A DNA stretch of 64,000 nt from assembly GCF_009914755.1 (NCBI RefSeq), contig NC_060925.1; one strand, 5' to 3'. The position numbers and the translations under genes were made by a program. Source of the DNA: the human T2T-CHM13v2.0 reference genome, Homo sapiens. Under the pieces are notes generated by a model that did not search any database, had not been told where the DNA came from, and saw only the letters and a list, made by a program, of their open reading frames with translations. This document shows, piece by piece, positions 1 through 24,572 of this stretch (position 1 is its first letter; each line of letters begins with the position of its first letter).

Positions 1-1735
<1,735 letters not shown>

Positions 1736-2079
1736 TGTATTAGTCCATTTTCATGCTGCTGATAAAGACATACCTGAGACTGGGCAATTTACAAAAGAAA
1801 GCTTTATTGGACTTACAGTTCCATGTAGCTGGGGAGGCCTCACAATCATGGCGGAAGGTGAAAGGCACGTCTCACATGGCAGCCGCAAGAGAGAGTGAGA
1901 GCCAAATGAAATGGGTTTCCCCTTATCAAACCATCAGATCTCGTGAGACTTATGCGCTGTCATGAGAACAGCAAGGGAAGGACTTGTCCCCATGATTCAA
2001 TTACCTGCCACTGGGTCCCTCTCACAACACATGGGAATTCAAGATGAGATTTGGGTGGGGACACAGCCAAACCATATCA
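1736..2079 (-). mobile_element. THE1 (THE1A-like) 5' LTR
   Basis: The - strand starts tgatatggtttggctgtgtccccacccaaatctcatc and ends ...ctaataca; ~345 bp. Confidence 0.88.
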
Positions 2080-2082
2080 AAG

Positions 2083-4000
<1,918 letters not shown>

Positions 4001-4015
4001 GTGGGGGGCGGTTGC

Positions 4016-11402
<7,387 letters not shown>

Positions 11403-12924
11403 CCAGTACTCCTTTGAGAAACAAATTTACCAACAGGTTACAGTATTTATGTCTAACTCTTTTTGTCTGTAGTCTTACAATATCCAGGCAAAACACTGTC
11501 ACTTAGGTCAGCGCCTTTCTTCCTCACACCTTTCAGTGTGCTTCATTTGGAACAAAGTTTGATTTACTTTTCACAGCCTGTGATTTATCTTTGGATCCAT
11601 CTGTGATCCCATATCCTGGTTGATTTTTTTTCAATTGACATGGAGCACAATTTGTTCTTTGTTGTGCCCAGTTCTGTGTGTTTTTACAGCTGTGCAATCA
11701 TGTGTCCATCACCACAGCACCAAACAGAACAGTTCTTCATCCCCAGAGTTCCCGTGTGCTGCCCCTTTGTGGTCACCTCTGACCGCTAGCTGCCATTGAT
11801 GTTTTCTGTCCCTGTAGTTTTATCTTTACCCACAAATGTCACATAAATGGAATTAAACAACGTATAATCTTTTGAAATTGGCTTTTTCCTTTTACCATAA
11901 TGCATTTGAAATTCATCCACATTGTTGTTTGTCTGAATAGTTTGTCCTTTTTTGTTGATGAGTAACATTCCATTGTATGAATGTACTACAGTTTATCTGT
12001 TCACCTGTTGAAGGGCATCCAGGTTGTTTCTGATTTTAGGTGATTATGAGGTCATACATATTTTCTCCTGTGTTTTCTTCTAGAAATTTCTTCTTTGGAT
12101 TTTCTTTCTACCTTTGACAAAAATAGATTGACTATATGTTTGTGTGTGTTTCTTGCAGGCTGTCTATTCTACTGTATTGATCTATACGTCCACACTGTAT
12201 TGCCTGTTGCTTTACAGTTAAGTCTTGAATTCAGCTATTTTGAGTTCTGCAACTTTGTTCTTTTTAAAATTGTTTTGGTTCCTCTAGTTCTTTTGCCTTT
12301 TCTTAATTTTTTAAAAATAAGCTTATCAGTAACTACAAAAATTTTTCTGGGTTTTTTATTTGGATTATGTTGTTTATGTAGATCAAATTGGAGAGAAAAA
12401 TTCCTATAATCCATGAATATGATGTCTCTCTCCTTTTATCTTCTTTGATATCTTTTGTGTTTCATTGTTACCTAGCACAGATTTTATTAGATTTAGCTCT
12501 AGTATTTTCCTTTTCTTTTTCTTGGTGCTATTATAAATAGTATTACTTTTTGAAATTCAAATTCCGGTTGCTTATTGCTTTTATACAGAAATACAGTTGA
12601 TATTGTATATTGACTTTGTATTCTGTTATCTTGTGAAACTTACCTACTAGTTATAGGAGCTTTTTTGTAGATTCTTTGTAACTTTATAGACAGCTGTATC
12701 ATATGTGAATAGTTTTACTTCTTCCTTTCTAATATGTATTCCTTTTATTCCTGTTTCTTAATTTTTTGTACTGGCTAGTACTTCTAATACGACATTGGTG
12801 AAATGACATCCTTGCCTTGTTCATGATCTTATGGGGAAAGCATTTAGTTTTTCACCATTAAGCATGATCTTAGCTACAGGTTTTTAAAATAAATACCCTT
12901 TATCAGATGGAGGAATTTCCCTTT

Positions 12925-13696
12925 TGTGTTAGTTCCCCAGAGTTACCATAACAAATTACTACAAACTTGGTGACTTACAACAATAGAAATTTAATTTTTT
13001 AATTATGGAGGCTGAAATCACAGTGTAGCAGAGCCACACTTCCTCTGAAGGTTCTAGGGGAGAATCCTTCCTTGCCTTTTCCAGCTTCTGGTGACTCCAG
13101 ACATTCTTGGCTGTAGCAGCATGGATTAGTCAGTTCTCACTCTGCTGATAAAGACATACCTGAGACTGGATAATTTATAAAGAAAAAGAGGTTTAATGGA
13201 CTCACAGTTCCACATGGCTGGTGAGGCCTCACAATTATGGTAGAAGGCAAAAGGTGCGTCTTCCATGGCGGCAGACAAGAGAGAAGTGAGAGCCAAGCGA
13301 AAGGAGTTTCCCCTTATAAAAGCATCAGCTCTTGTGAGACATATTCTCTACCATGAGGACAGTAGGAAACTGCCCCTATGATTCAATTATCTCCCACGGG
13401 GGCCAACTCACAACACGTGGGAATTATGGGCGCTACAATTCAAGATGAGATTTGGGTGGGGATGTAGCCAAACCATATCACAGCATAGCTTCAGTGTCTT
13501 TACATGGCCTTCCCCTTTGTGTATTTATGGCTTACAAAGATACTCTCATTGGATTGAGGGCACACCCTAATCCAGTATGGTCTCATCTGAATTCTTACTT
13601 TAATTATATCAGCAAAGACCCTATTTTCAAATATGATCACATTCTGATGTTCCAGGTGGACATGAATCATTCTGGGACACTATTCAACCTACTACA
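12925..13696 (-). mobile_element. MLT1 (ERVL-MaLR) solo LTR split by a THE1 LTR
   Basis: tgtgttag...tattcaacctactaca with MLT1 motifs (ggggagaatccttccttgcc); near-TSD ccttt/ccttc. Confidence 0.75.
13122..13480 (-). mobile_element. THE1 (THE1B-like) solo LTR
   Basis: THE1 LTR sequence with a perfect 5-bp TSD cagca at 13117-13121 and 13481-13485. Confidence 0.9.
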
Positions 13697-14010
13697 CCTT
13701 CTATTCCTAATTTGCTGGGAGTTTTTAAGTAGTCATAAATGGATGTTGAATGTTTTAAAGTGTTCTTTTCACATCTGTTGAGATAATATTATGGCTTTCT
13801 TTAGCTGATATTATGGTAAGTTACATTGATTTTTAAATGTTGAACCAGATTTGCATTCCTAGGATGTATACCACTTGGTTATTTATATATTTTTTAATAT
13901 ATTGATGGATTTTATTTGTTAATATTTTGTGGAAGATTTTTTGCATCTATCAATGAGGGATATTAACCTATAGTTTTATTTTTTGTGATGTCTTTGTCTG
14001 GCTTTGATAT

Positions 14011-14320
14011 TAACTGTCCCCAACTTAACAATTTTTTGACTTCAAGATGATGCACAACCATTGCAAATTTGACATAATGTACGGTATTCAATAAATTACT
14101 TGAGACATCTAAGACTTTCTCATAAAAAGGCTTTGTGTTACATGATTTTGCCCAAATGTAGACTAATGTATTAATAAGTGTTCTGAGCATGTTTAAGATA
14201 GGCTAGTTTAAGCCATGATGTTTGGTAGTTTGGGTTTATTAAATCAATTTCTGACTTATGTTTTTAAACTTAGGATGGGTTTATTGGCTATAACCCCATT
14301 ATAAGTCAAACAGCATCTGG
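14011..14320 (-). mobile_element. Tigger4-like (TcMar-Tigger) non-autonomous DNA transposon
   Basis: Degenerate TIRs; - strand reads cagatgctgtttgacttataatggggttatag...gggcaaaatcat. Confidence 0.65.
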
Positions 14321-16145
14321 ACTAGATTGATAACATGATTAGGACGTATCCTCATTGTGAAATTGATACTGTTTCTTCTTTAACTACTTGGTGTAATTTG
14401 GCCTTCAGTTTTCCTTGTTGGAAGGTTTTTAACTACCTATTCAATTTCTTTAATAGATATTTAACTGCTTGTGTTACCTGTTTTTTTTTCCGAGTGAGTT
14501 TTGATTTTGTCCTTTGTGGTCATAGAATTGTTTATAGGATCCTTTTTACAGACCTTTGTGAGGTCTGCAGTAATGACTCCTCCTCTTTTTTTTCTGATTT
14601 TGGTAATTTGTGTCATTCTTGCTTTTTTTTCTTAATAAGACTGGCTAGAGGTTTTATTAGTTTTCCTTCCAAAAAAAAAAACCAGCTGTTGGTCTTATTG
14701 ATTTCTGCTTTAATCTTTATAATGCTTCCTATATCCTGCTTGTTTTAGGTTGAATTTGTACTTCTTTTTCTAGAATCTTAAGTCGAAAGCTTAGATTACT
14801 GATTTGATATCTTTCCTTTTTTAATATAAGCATTTAATGGCATAAATTTCTCTCTAAAGTTAAAGATGCATCCACAGTTTAAGGCTTTTGTTCTTTAATG
14901 GGGATAGAGGAGAAAGGTTATGGTGCTGGTTCATGCCCTCCACAGAAGCTGCTGTTTCCCTCCCTCTGTACCATTAGGGAGACTTTTGTAGGACTCTTTC
15001 AGTATTTTCTACGAGTGCCTGGTGATTCTTGATGATAAGATATGCAAGAAAGGTGTGGATTTCACCTACATTTGCAGCACCTCTCTCCAGCCTCTCAACA
15101 GTGTATTCTTTCTCCACCAGATTTGAAACGATGCTTGCTGACCTCTTCTTGCTAACGTCATGCTATGTCTTGTCCGTGTAAGCCAATGCTAATGTCTTAC
15201 CTCTCTGCAAATGCCTGTCTCGTTAGTTTAGGGGGCAATTGGTTGCCCTCTGATCTCCGTATTCTGATGGAGTCAGAATACTTTATTTTGTTGTTGGAGG
15301 GTTGAAAGTGACATTCTTTCCAGCTCTCAACATTCCAAGCCTTTAGCTTTATTTTAGAGTTCCTTTGCTTTTAGGTATTTAATAGTGTTTGTCTCCCAAG
15401 AGAAAGTTAATCGCTTCTTGCTCTGATGTTAGTACTTATATAACTTAGTACTTGTATAACTGTATTTATCACATTATGCTGTAATTATTTGCCAATATAT
15501 CTGTCTCCACTCTTAGCACACTGCTTGAGGGAAATAGAAGAGTATACGCAAAATGCAAGATCTGTGACCTCTGTATACATAGTGCTTCCTGATTGGTTGT
15601 AGGCACTTATTATGTGCTCATAGAATAGAATTACAGTAAGATTTTAATTTATAACACAGTCCTGGTACTTTAAGATTCTGAAGAAATATTTGTTAAATAA
15701 TTTGTGAATAAAATGGCTTATTTAGAAAGTATTTAGAAATGGATTTAGCTTCTATTTCCTCAGATTTCCAGATAGTTTTTTTTAAAGCTCAGTTTAATCA
15801 TCCCTGTAAAAAATCTTGCTGTGATTCAGACAGAAGATTCAGTTGCGTGAATTAATCCTTAATTGCTCAAAAAATATTAACGGGGTTGAATTATTTTCTG
15901 CTCCTATTGACTTTGGGGTAATATTGTTTACCTGAGATCTTCAGAGTAGTGAGTAATAAATTACAACATTTAAGATATTTTTTAAAAAATCAAATTGGGC
16001 TAGCTTGTCATTGAAAGAGTGAAATGATATTCTCTTGATAGTATTTAGAAATAGGTTAGATTAAGAGTAAGTTTAGTTATTAGGTCCTTCTTTTAAGTGA
16101 ACAAATTAAAGAGATTTTTTTCAATTTTAACTGAATCTTTTCCAG

Positions 16146-16323
16146 ATCAAATTTTCTCCGGTGGCTAAAAAGTTGTTTGTGGTAACTGCAGTGAGTGCTA
16201 TATCTGTAATTTTTCTGGCTCATCACTTTAAAAGAAAACGTGGAAAGAAGAAAGGAAAAATATTACCATGGGAACCAGAGCACCTCATACTTGAATACAC
16301 TAAAAGAGCAGCATCAGACAAAG
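16146..16323 (+). CDS. MIGA1: MIGA1 internal coding exon: transmembrane signal-anchor plus polybasic segment (IKFSPVAKKLFVVTAVSAISVIFLAHHFKRKRGKKKGK...RAASDK)
   Basis: Acceptor tctttccag|ATC and donor AAG|gtatgt; 178 nt open frame ending in phase 1; translation recognised as mitoguardin-1. Confidence 0.95.
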
Positions 16324-18084
16324 GTATGTGGAAATAGTTGAAGTAAGTGTACAAAAGTGTGTAAATCATAACTGGAATACAGTGATTTTGGTCTTTTAGT
16401 CTCCAGAATTTTCTTCCTAATATATTATTTAACTCAAAAGTAGTACAGATTTATTTTAGAAAGATTAGAAAATGTAGATAAGCAAACAAAAAATTAAAAT
16501 TACTTGACATTCTGGTACCCAGAAATAACTACTGATAATACTTTCATGTATATCAGTCCACTTATATTTGTATTTAAATGTCATATTGAGACATAAAATG
16601 TTATATACAAGTAAATTATTTATGTATTTTAAGTAAAATTGTAATCAGACATTTTGTAACCTGCTTTTAAGATATTTGACAGTGTGGAAGAATGTCTTTC
16701 CAGGTCAATAAATATCCCTCTGTGCTATCATTTTTAATATATAACTAGTGTTAATTTGTATGAATGTACCCCAATTTATTTAATCATTTCCCCATTGTTC
16801 CCTTTAGGATGCTTGTGTTTTTCTTATTTTGTGTATCCTTGTCTATTTTCCTTAGTATGTAGAGTTCAAGAAGTAAGTTGCTGTCTTTTAAAGGATCTTT
16901 AATTTTTGGTAAAGATATCGTATGAATAAAAATAATTCCTTAAACATGCTGAGTTTCTTAGTTTTTTATTATTTAGTGAGTGTGTGATATGCTTTTGTGA
17001 GTCATCTGTCCAGCATACAATTAATGAGTGACTATTTCGTACTGAGTGCAGTGAACATTGCAACAGTAATGATTGCTGTCACTTGCTGAGATTTTATTAG
17101 GTCTCAGGTAAGTGCCATATATTCAGTGCTTTATTTAACCTTACAGCAATCCTGTGAATTAGGATTATAGTCTTGTTATTGTTTCTATATTCTACATAAA
17201 GAAAACTGAGATATGCAAAAGCTAAGTGACTTGCCCAAGGTCATATAATTTATAAGTGCCGGGATTTGAATCCAGGAACATCTTAACTGCTGCATTAAGA
17301 AAAACTTGTGCAGCATGGTGACTCGTTACTATAATTCCAGCACTTTGGGAGGCCAAAGCAGGAGGATGGCTTGAGCCCAGTAGTTTAAACCAGCCTGGAC
17401 AACATAGTGGGACCACATCTTTACAAAAATAACAATAAAAAAATTGTTTTTTTTGGTGTGGTGGCACAGCTAGCTAGTCCCAGCTACTCGGGAGGCTGAA
17501 GTGGGAGGATCACCTGACCCAGGACGTCAGTGCTGCAGTGAGACATGATTGCACCACTGCACTCCAGCCAGGGTGACAGAGTGAGATCTTTTCTCAAAAA
17601 AAGGAAAAAAAAAAACCAAGAAACTAATGTCAGTCTTAGAAGAATGGATAGATGAGTAGAAGAGGCAGAAGTATAACTAATTTCAATGCAATGAGATTTG
17701 GGTAAGGTTTAGATGTAATTCAGAAAAGGAAATGCCTGTATTTTGTTAAATTTACAGTTTAACAAAATTGTAAATTTAACATAGTCACCAGTATTTTTAT
17801 ACTGGTTACAATAGACCATTCAAATACCATCCTAATTTATTAGGTGAATATTCTATTCTTCATTTCAGAAGCAGATTTTAGCAGTGTTGAAAAAAGATTA
17901 TATAAGATTATATAAAGATTTAGATTTTAATAATGATGTACATGTAATAATTTACACAAGTGAGTGATGCATGTTTTAAAATTAGAAGCTTTCTGGGTGA
18001 ATATATTATAAACTCTGAAATTTTTACCTGAAATTTATCATTGGCGTTATTGATATTTTTAATATTAGTATGTTTATTTGATAG

Positions 18085-18221
18085 GTTCAAGTTGTTCCAG
18101 TAGCAGACAGAATTTGACATTATCTTTAAGTTCTACCAAAGACAAAGGATCTCAAGTTTGTAACTATGCTAATGGAGGACTTTTCAGTAAATATTCAGGT
18201 TCTGCACAGAGTTTGGCCTCT
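18085..18221 (+). CDS. MIGA1: MIGA1 internal coding exon (GSSCSSSRQNLTLSLSSTKDKGSQVCNYANGGLFSKYSGSAQSLAS)
   Basis: Acceptor atag|GT and donor TCT|gtaagt; 137 nt, phase 1 to 0, in frame with the previous exon. Confidence 0.95.
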
Positions 18222-18481
18222 GTAAGTACAGAAAAAATATTAATTTTTAAAATTTTTGTTTATATGTCTTCTGTGATCTATTAGTTTAAGTGTCATATAC
18301 TTATAGTTCTTAGTATGGAAATACTCTTAAGAAATCATCTGAATGTGCTTTCTTTAGGCAAGTAAAATACCTTTTTGCTGACTATTAGTCAATTTGGTTC
18401 TAGGTTTCTTTGAATAAGTGATGTGGTCTCATGGGGTCCTGTGAAAATAGTGTTGATGTGGAAGTATTGCTTCAAAATTAG

Positions 18482-18913
18482 ATGTTCTTGTTTTCACTTA
18501 TTTGTGGGAGCTAAAAATTAAAACAATTGAACTTATGGAGATAGAGAGTAGAATGATGGTTACCAGAGGCTGGGAAAGGTAACGGGGGGTGGAGGGGAAG
18601 TGGAATGGTTAATGGGTAAAAAAATATAGGCAGATAGAATAAATAGGATCTAGTGTTTGATAGCACAATAGGGTGACTGCAGTCAACACAAAGTATTATA
18701 CATTAAAAAGTAACTAAAAGATTATAATTAGATTGTTTATAACACAAAGAAGGGATAAATGCTTAAAGATAAAGGTGATGGATACCCCATTTACCCTGAT
18801 GTGATCACTACATGTTGTATATATCAAAATGTCTTATGTACTCCATAAATATTTACACCTACTATATATCCACAAAAATCAAAAATTAAAATTAAAAAGA
18901 GTTATTAATTTAA
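18482..18913 (+). mobile_element. L1MA-type 3' end
   Basis: cacttatttgtgggagctaaaaattaaaacaattgaact...gatggataccccatttaccctgatgtg...A-rich tail. Confidence 0.8.
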
Positions 18914-19460
18914 AAGAATTAGCTGTTCTTCAAGAAGCTGGACAATGCAGCCAGACTTTGTGCTGGGTCACAGTAATCACTTGATGAGCCTACATAGGTG
19001 AAAGTATTTGGTTTGCTGAAGCCAAGTGTGAGGTTCTTCACCTCCTTCTTTGAATCATTAATACAGTATTGACTGACAAGCAGGAGGCTGCCCATCTTTA
19101 TTTGGAGCATTACTATTAATGCTGATTGACAAGTGAGGAATGAAGTTAGTATTTGTTTAAATCTAATGTGATTTAAACATTAATTTAAAAAACAGGTAGA
19201 ATATGTACCTGCTATTAAATACAGAACAGGCAAAAGAATATACAATGAGAGCTGGGTGCTGTGGTGGTGCCTATAGTCTCAGCTATTCAGAAGACTGAGG
19301 CAAAATTGCTTCAGTCCAGGAGTTTGAAGACAGCCTGGGCAACATAGAGAAACTTTGTCTCTAAAAAAAATAATAATAAAATAAATGTGTTCCTGATCCA
19401 CTCAATTCCCCGCCATGGAGATAAACAACATTAACAATTTTTTTTTTTTTTTTGAGATGA

Positions 19461-19670
<210 letters not shown>

Positions 19671-19763
19671 TGACCTGGTGATCTGCCTACCTCAGCCTCC
19701 CAAACTGCTAGGATTACAGGCATGAGCCACCATGCCTGGCCTGTATTCATTTTTTCTTCATAG

Positions 19764-20045
<282 letters not shown>

Positions 20046-20048
20046 TGA

Positions 20049-20159
<111 letters not shown>

Positions 20160-20315
20160 TAAAAATGTACTAAATTTTTAAAGGCTCTTCTAGGATAGGA
20201 ACAGCTAGATCAAAGGCCTACAGACTTTCAGTTTCTCTGTGAAACCGAGCAGCATAATGAAGAATATGCCTATTCTTTTTTTTTTTTTTTTTTTGTCTTT
20301 TTGGCAGTGTATTGA

Positions 20316-20564
<249 letters not shown>

Positions 20565-20954
20565 TGACCTCAAGTGATCTGCCCGTTTTGGCCTCCAAAG
20601 TGCTGGGATTACAGGCGTGAGCCTCTGCGCCTGGCCAGAGTATGCCTGTTCTATAATGTGAACTTCCTCAGTGTCTGAGAAGTGCCTCTTCTGAATTTCC
20701 TCAATTGAAAGTTGAAGCCCTTGTTGACTAGAAGTAGATAAGGTGAATTTCATGATAATAGTGTAACAAGTCTTTAGAATCACTGTACTGTACTTGCCTA
20801 ACTGAACTAGTCATTCCTCTTTTGTTAAATCTTACAATTTAACAAAAATATAAATTTAACATAGTTGCCAGTATTTTTATACTGATTACAGTAGAACATT
20901 CAAATACCACCCTAATTAATTAGGTGAATATTTTACTCTTCATTTCAGAAGCAG

Positions 20955-21189
20955 CATAATCTGTAGGCTATATGTTGTAACTTGTTGCTCCTAGGCTACA
21001 AACCTGTACCACATGCTACTGAACTGAATAATGTAGGCAATTGAAACACAATGGTATTTGTGTATCTAAACATATCTGAACATAGAAAAAGTACAGTAAA
21101 AATACAATTTTGTAATCTTACGGTAGGGTTGACTGTTGTATATGTGGTCCGTCGTTGACCCAGATGTTGTTATGTCGAAAGTGTCTGTA
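20955..21189 (+). mobile_element. Tigger3/MER7-like DNA transposon fragment
   Basis: gctcctaggctacaaacctgtac...gtatttgtgtatctaaacatatc...ggtccgtcgttgacc motif series. Confidence 0.7.
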
Positions 21190-21789
21190 GTTAGTTTGAG
21201 ATGCCAGCAGAAGAGCCAAATGGAGTCACCTAAAAGGCAAATGAAAATGTGGGCTTAGATTTCTCAAAACTGAACTGGAATTAGGACAGAACTGGAGTTA
21301 GGAATTTGAGAATCATCTGCATAGAGGTGATTGAAATGATTTGCTCAGTGGACCTTGCTAGGAGAGGGCATTTACAAAGATGATAGTGGCTTTTTTATTT
21401 TAGGTATCATTTAGCAGAGAGTCAGCATTGTAAAACATTCTAAAAGAAAAATAAGCTAGCTAGCTTAAATCACAGTAGGTATAGATAAAATTTATAAGTG
21501 AATGCTTAAAAGAATAAATGATATAAACATAACTGCCTGATTTCTGATGGAAATAAGTGATTTACATTCAAAATACTACTCTTCTTGTGTATTTTTGAGC
21601 AAACAGGCTTAGAATAGAGTCGTGATTTCTAAGTTTGATTGATTATCATCAGAATTATTTCTTCATGTGGAAATTACATGGATTGTCTTACCACTAATAG
21701 GATTTATAAAAATAATTTGTAAATATGAAAGATCACAACATACTATCATGAGAGAGATTTGAAGTAACTTCTATCCATCTTAATTTTAG

Positions 21790-21916
21790 GTCCAGAGTGT
21801 CAATTCTTGTCATAGCTGCGCTTGTGGCAATTCTAATTCCTGGGACAAAGCAGATGAAGATGATATTAAACTTGTTAATATTCCTGTGACTACTCCAGAG
21901 AACTTATACTTAATGG
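21790..21916 (+). CDS. MIGA1: MIGA1 internal coding exon (VQSVNSCHSCACGNSNSWDKADEDDIKLVNIPVTTPENLYLM)
   Basis: Acceptor ttttag|GTC and donor ATGG|gtagga; 127 nt, phase 0 to 1; contains the mitoguardin TPENLYLMG motif. Confidence 0.95.
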
Positions 21917-22376
21917 GTAGGAATGAGATGATAACATTTTAAGATACTGTGCTCACATTTAATTTGTTTTGTTCTTGTTTTTTATTTATTGAGACAGACA
22001 GGGTCTCACTCTGTCACCCAGGCTGGAGTACAGTGGCGCGATTACTGCTCATTGCAGCCTCAACTTCCTGGGCTCAAGTGATCCTCCCACCTCAGCCTCC
22101 TGAGTTGCTGGGACCACAGGCGCATACCACCATGCCCAGCTAATTTTTAAAAAAAATTTTGTAGAGATGGGGTTTTGTCATGTTGCCAGGTTGGTCTTGA
22201 ACTCCTGAGCTCAAGCAATCTGCCCGCCTCAGCCTCCCAAAGTACTGGGATTACATGCGTGAGCCACCACGGTTGGTGGTAAGTTGAAATTAAAAAACTG
22301 AATTGTTCTAAGAGAAGCAACTATAATTTTAAATGTTCTTATATCTGTTGTATCTAGTCTTCATAACGTCATACAT

Positions 22377-23218
<842 letters not shown>

Positions 23219-24572
23219 CTATCTTAACCTAACCTGTTGACTGTTATATAATGAATCTATCAGAACTCACTTTACTAAATATGTTTTTTCTAGCTATCAT
23301 TTGTATTATATCCAGAAAAAAATTTTAAATAGAAAGAGGCTTTCTGTGTTTCACATCTCAGTATTTCTTGACTTGACCATGAACATGTCTATGGAGCCTC
23401 ACTGGAGCCCTGAAGAAGAACCAAATGAACCTGTTGTTGAATCAGAAGATTCAAATGCTTTTCCCTGTTCTCTGTTCTGTTTCAGGCTATCCTCCTTTTA
23501 GTGGAAATGCATACTAAATAAAAAACAAAACCAGTAAACTTGATGTGGCCTTGGCCAGTGAGCAATGAAGGGTTGATGGCTCTGTGTAGAAGGACTGAGT
23601 GCCTCAGAATGCATTCCTACTCTCTAGAATAGTTAGACTATCTCATCTCCAGTGCCATCACAGTGGGTATTCCTATGGGGAAAGAAGGTCTCCAGAGAGT
23701 TAAATTCACATATTTCTAGATTACTCTGTGTCTAGGAAACTTAACATTCACAGCTTCTGTTAATATTACAAGTTTATGGCTGGATATGGTGTCATGTACC
23801 TGTAGTCTTACCTACTTGGGAGGCTGAGGCAGGAGGATCACTTGAACCTAGGAGTTCAAGGTTACAGTGAGCTAATTGTGCCACTGCACTACAGCCTGGG
23901 TGACAGAGCCCGTTTTCTTAAAACAACAACAACAACAACAACAACAACAAAAACCTCAGAATATTAAAAATTCAAATTGAAGAAATGTAGAGTAAAACTA
24001 GAGACGCCACAGGGGGGTCTTTGTGTTACAGGATTAAGATTGCAAGGAGCCCTGTGGACCACCTGGTATCATCACCCATCTGTTTCAATTCTCTTTATAA
24101 AATTGAAGACCTTAAAAAAAGATTGGTGACATATGTTTGACTTGCTGTTACAAAACTGATGATATTTGGTAGTCTGGACTATATAGTGAGGTAGACATAG
24201 TACTTCTTGAGGAGACAGGTTTTATCTTTGTGTTATACAACTCTGCTGTAAAATAATTCTTCCTGAAGCCAAGTGTGGTGGCACATGCTTGTAGTCCCAG
24301 CTACTTGAGAGGCTGAAGTGGGAGGATCCCTTGAGCACAGAAGTACAAGACCAACCTGGGGAACATTGTAAGACCCCATCTCTAAAAAAAGAGACCAAAA
24401 AAAACTAAAAAAAATAAAATAAAATAATTACTCCTGTGTTCATATGTTCAGCCAAAATAATAAGTGTATAGAAGGGATAGTGTGAGAAAAGGATGAAGAA
24501 ATTAGAGTTGCATAACTTGGAGAAAGGAGAATAGATAGTGATATAATTGGTTTTTATGTGCATAAATGTTTT

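Larger units (their letters stand above)
11620..14880 (-). mobile_element. Old L1M (3'UTR and ORF2 remnants) hosting nested MLT1, THE1 and Tigger insertions
   Basis: T-rich antisense L1 motifs (gacatccttgccttgttcatgatctt...ggggaaagc; ttgaaccag...ttgcattcct). Confidence 0.75.

Noticed and set aside
18420-19150. Coding-looking unique sequence split by an L1 3' end (frame ...ENSVDVEVLLQKLAVLQEAGQ...; minus ORF 18919..19110)
   Set aside because: It has multiple stops and I cannot assign it to a protein. A BLASTX after removing 18482-18913 would be needed to call an ancient retrocopy.
24004-24020. gccacaggggggtc as a CTCF site
   Set aside because: Spacing and the 3' half fit the core poorly.
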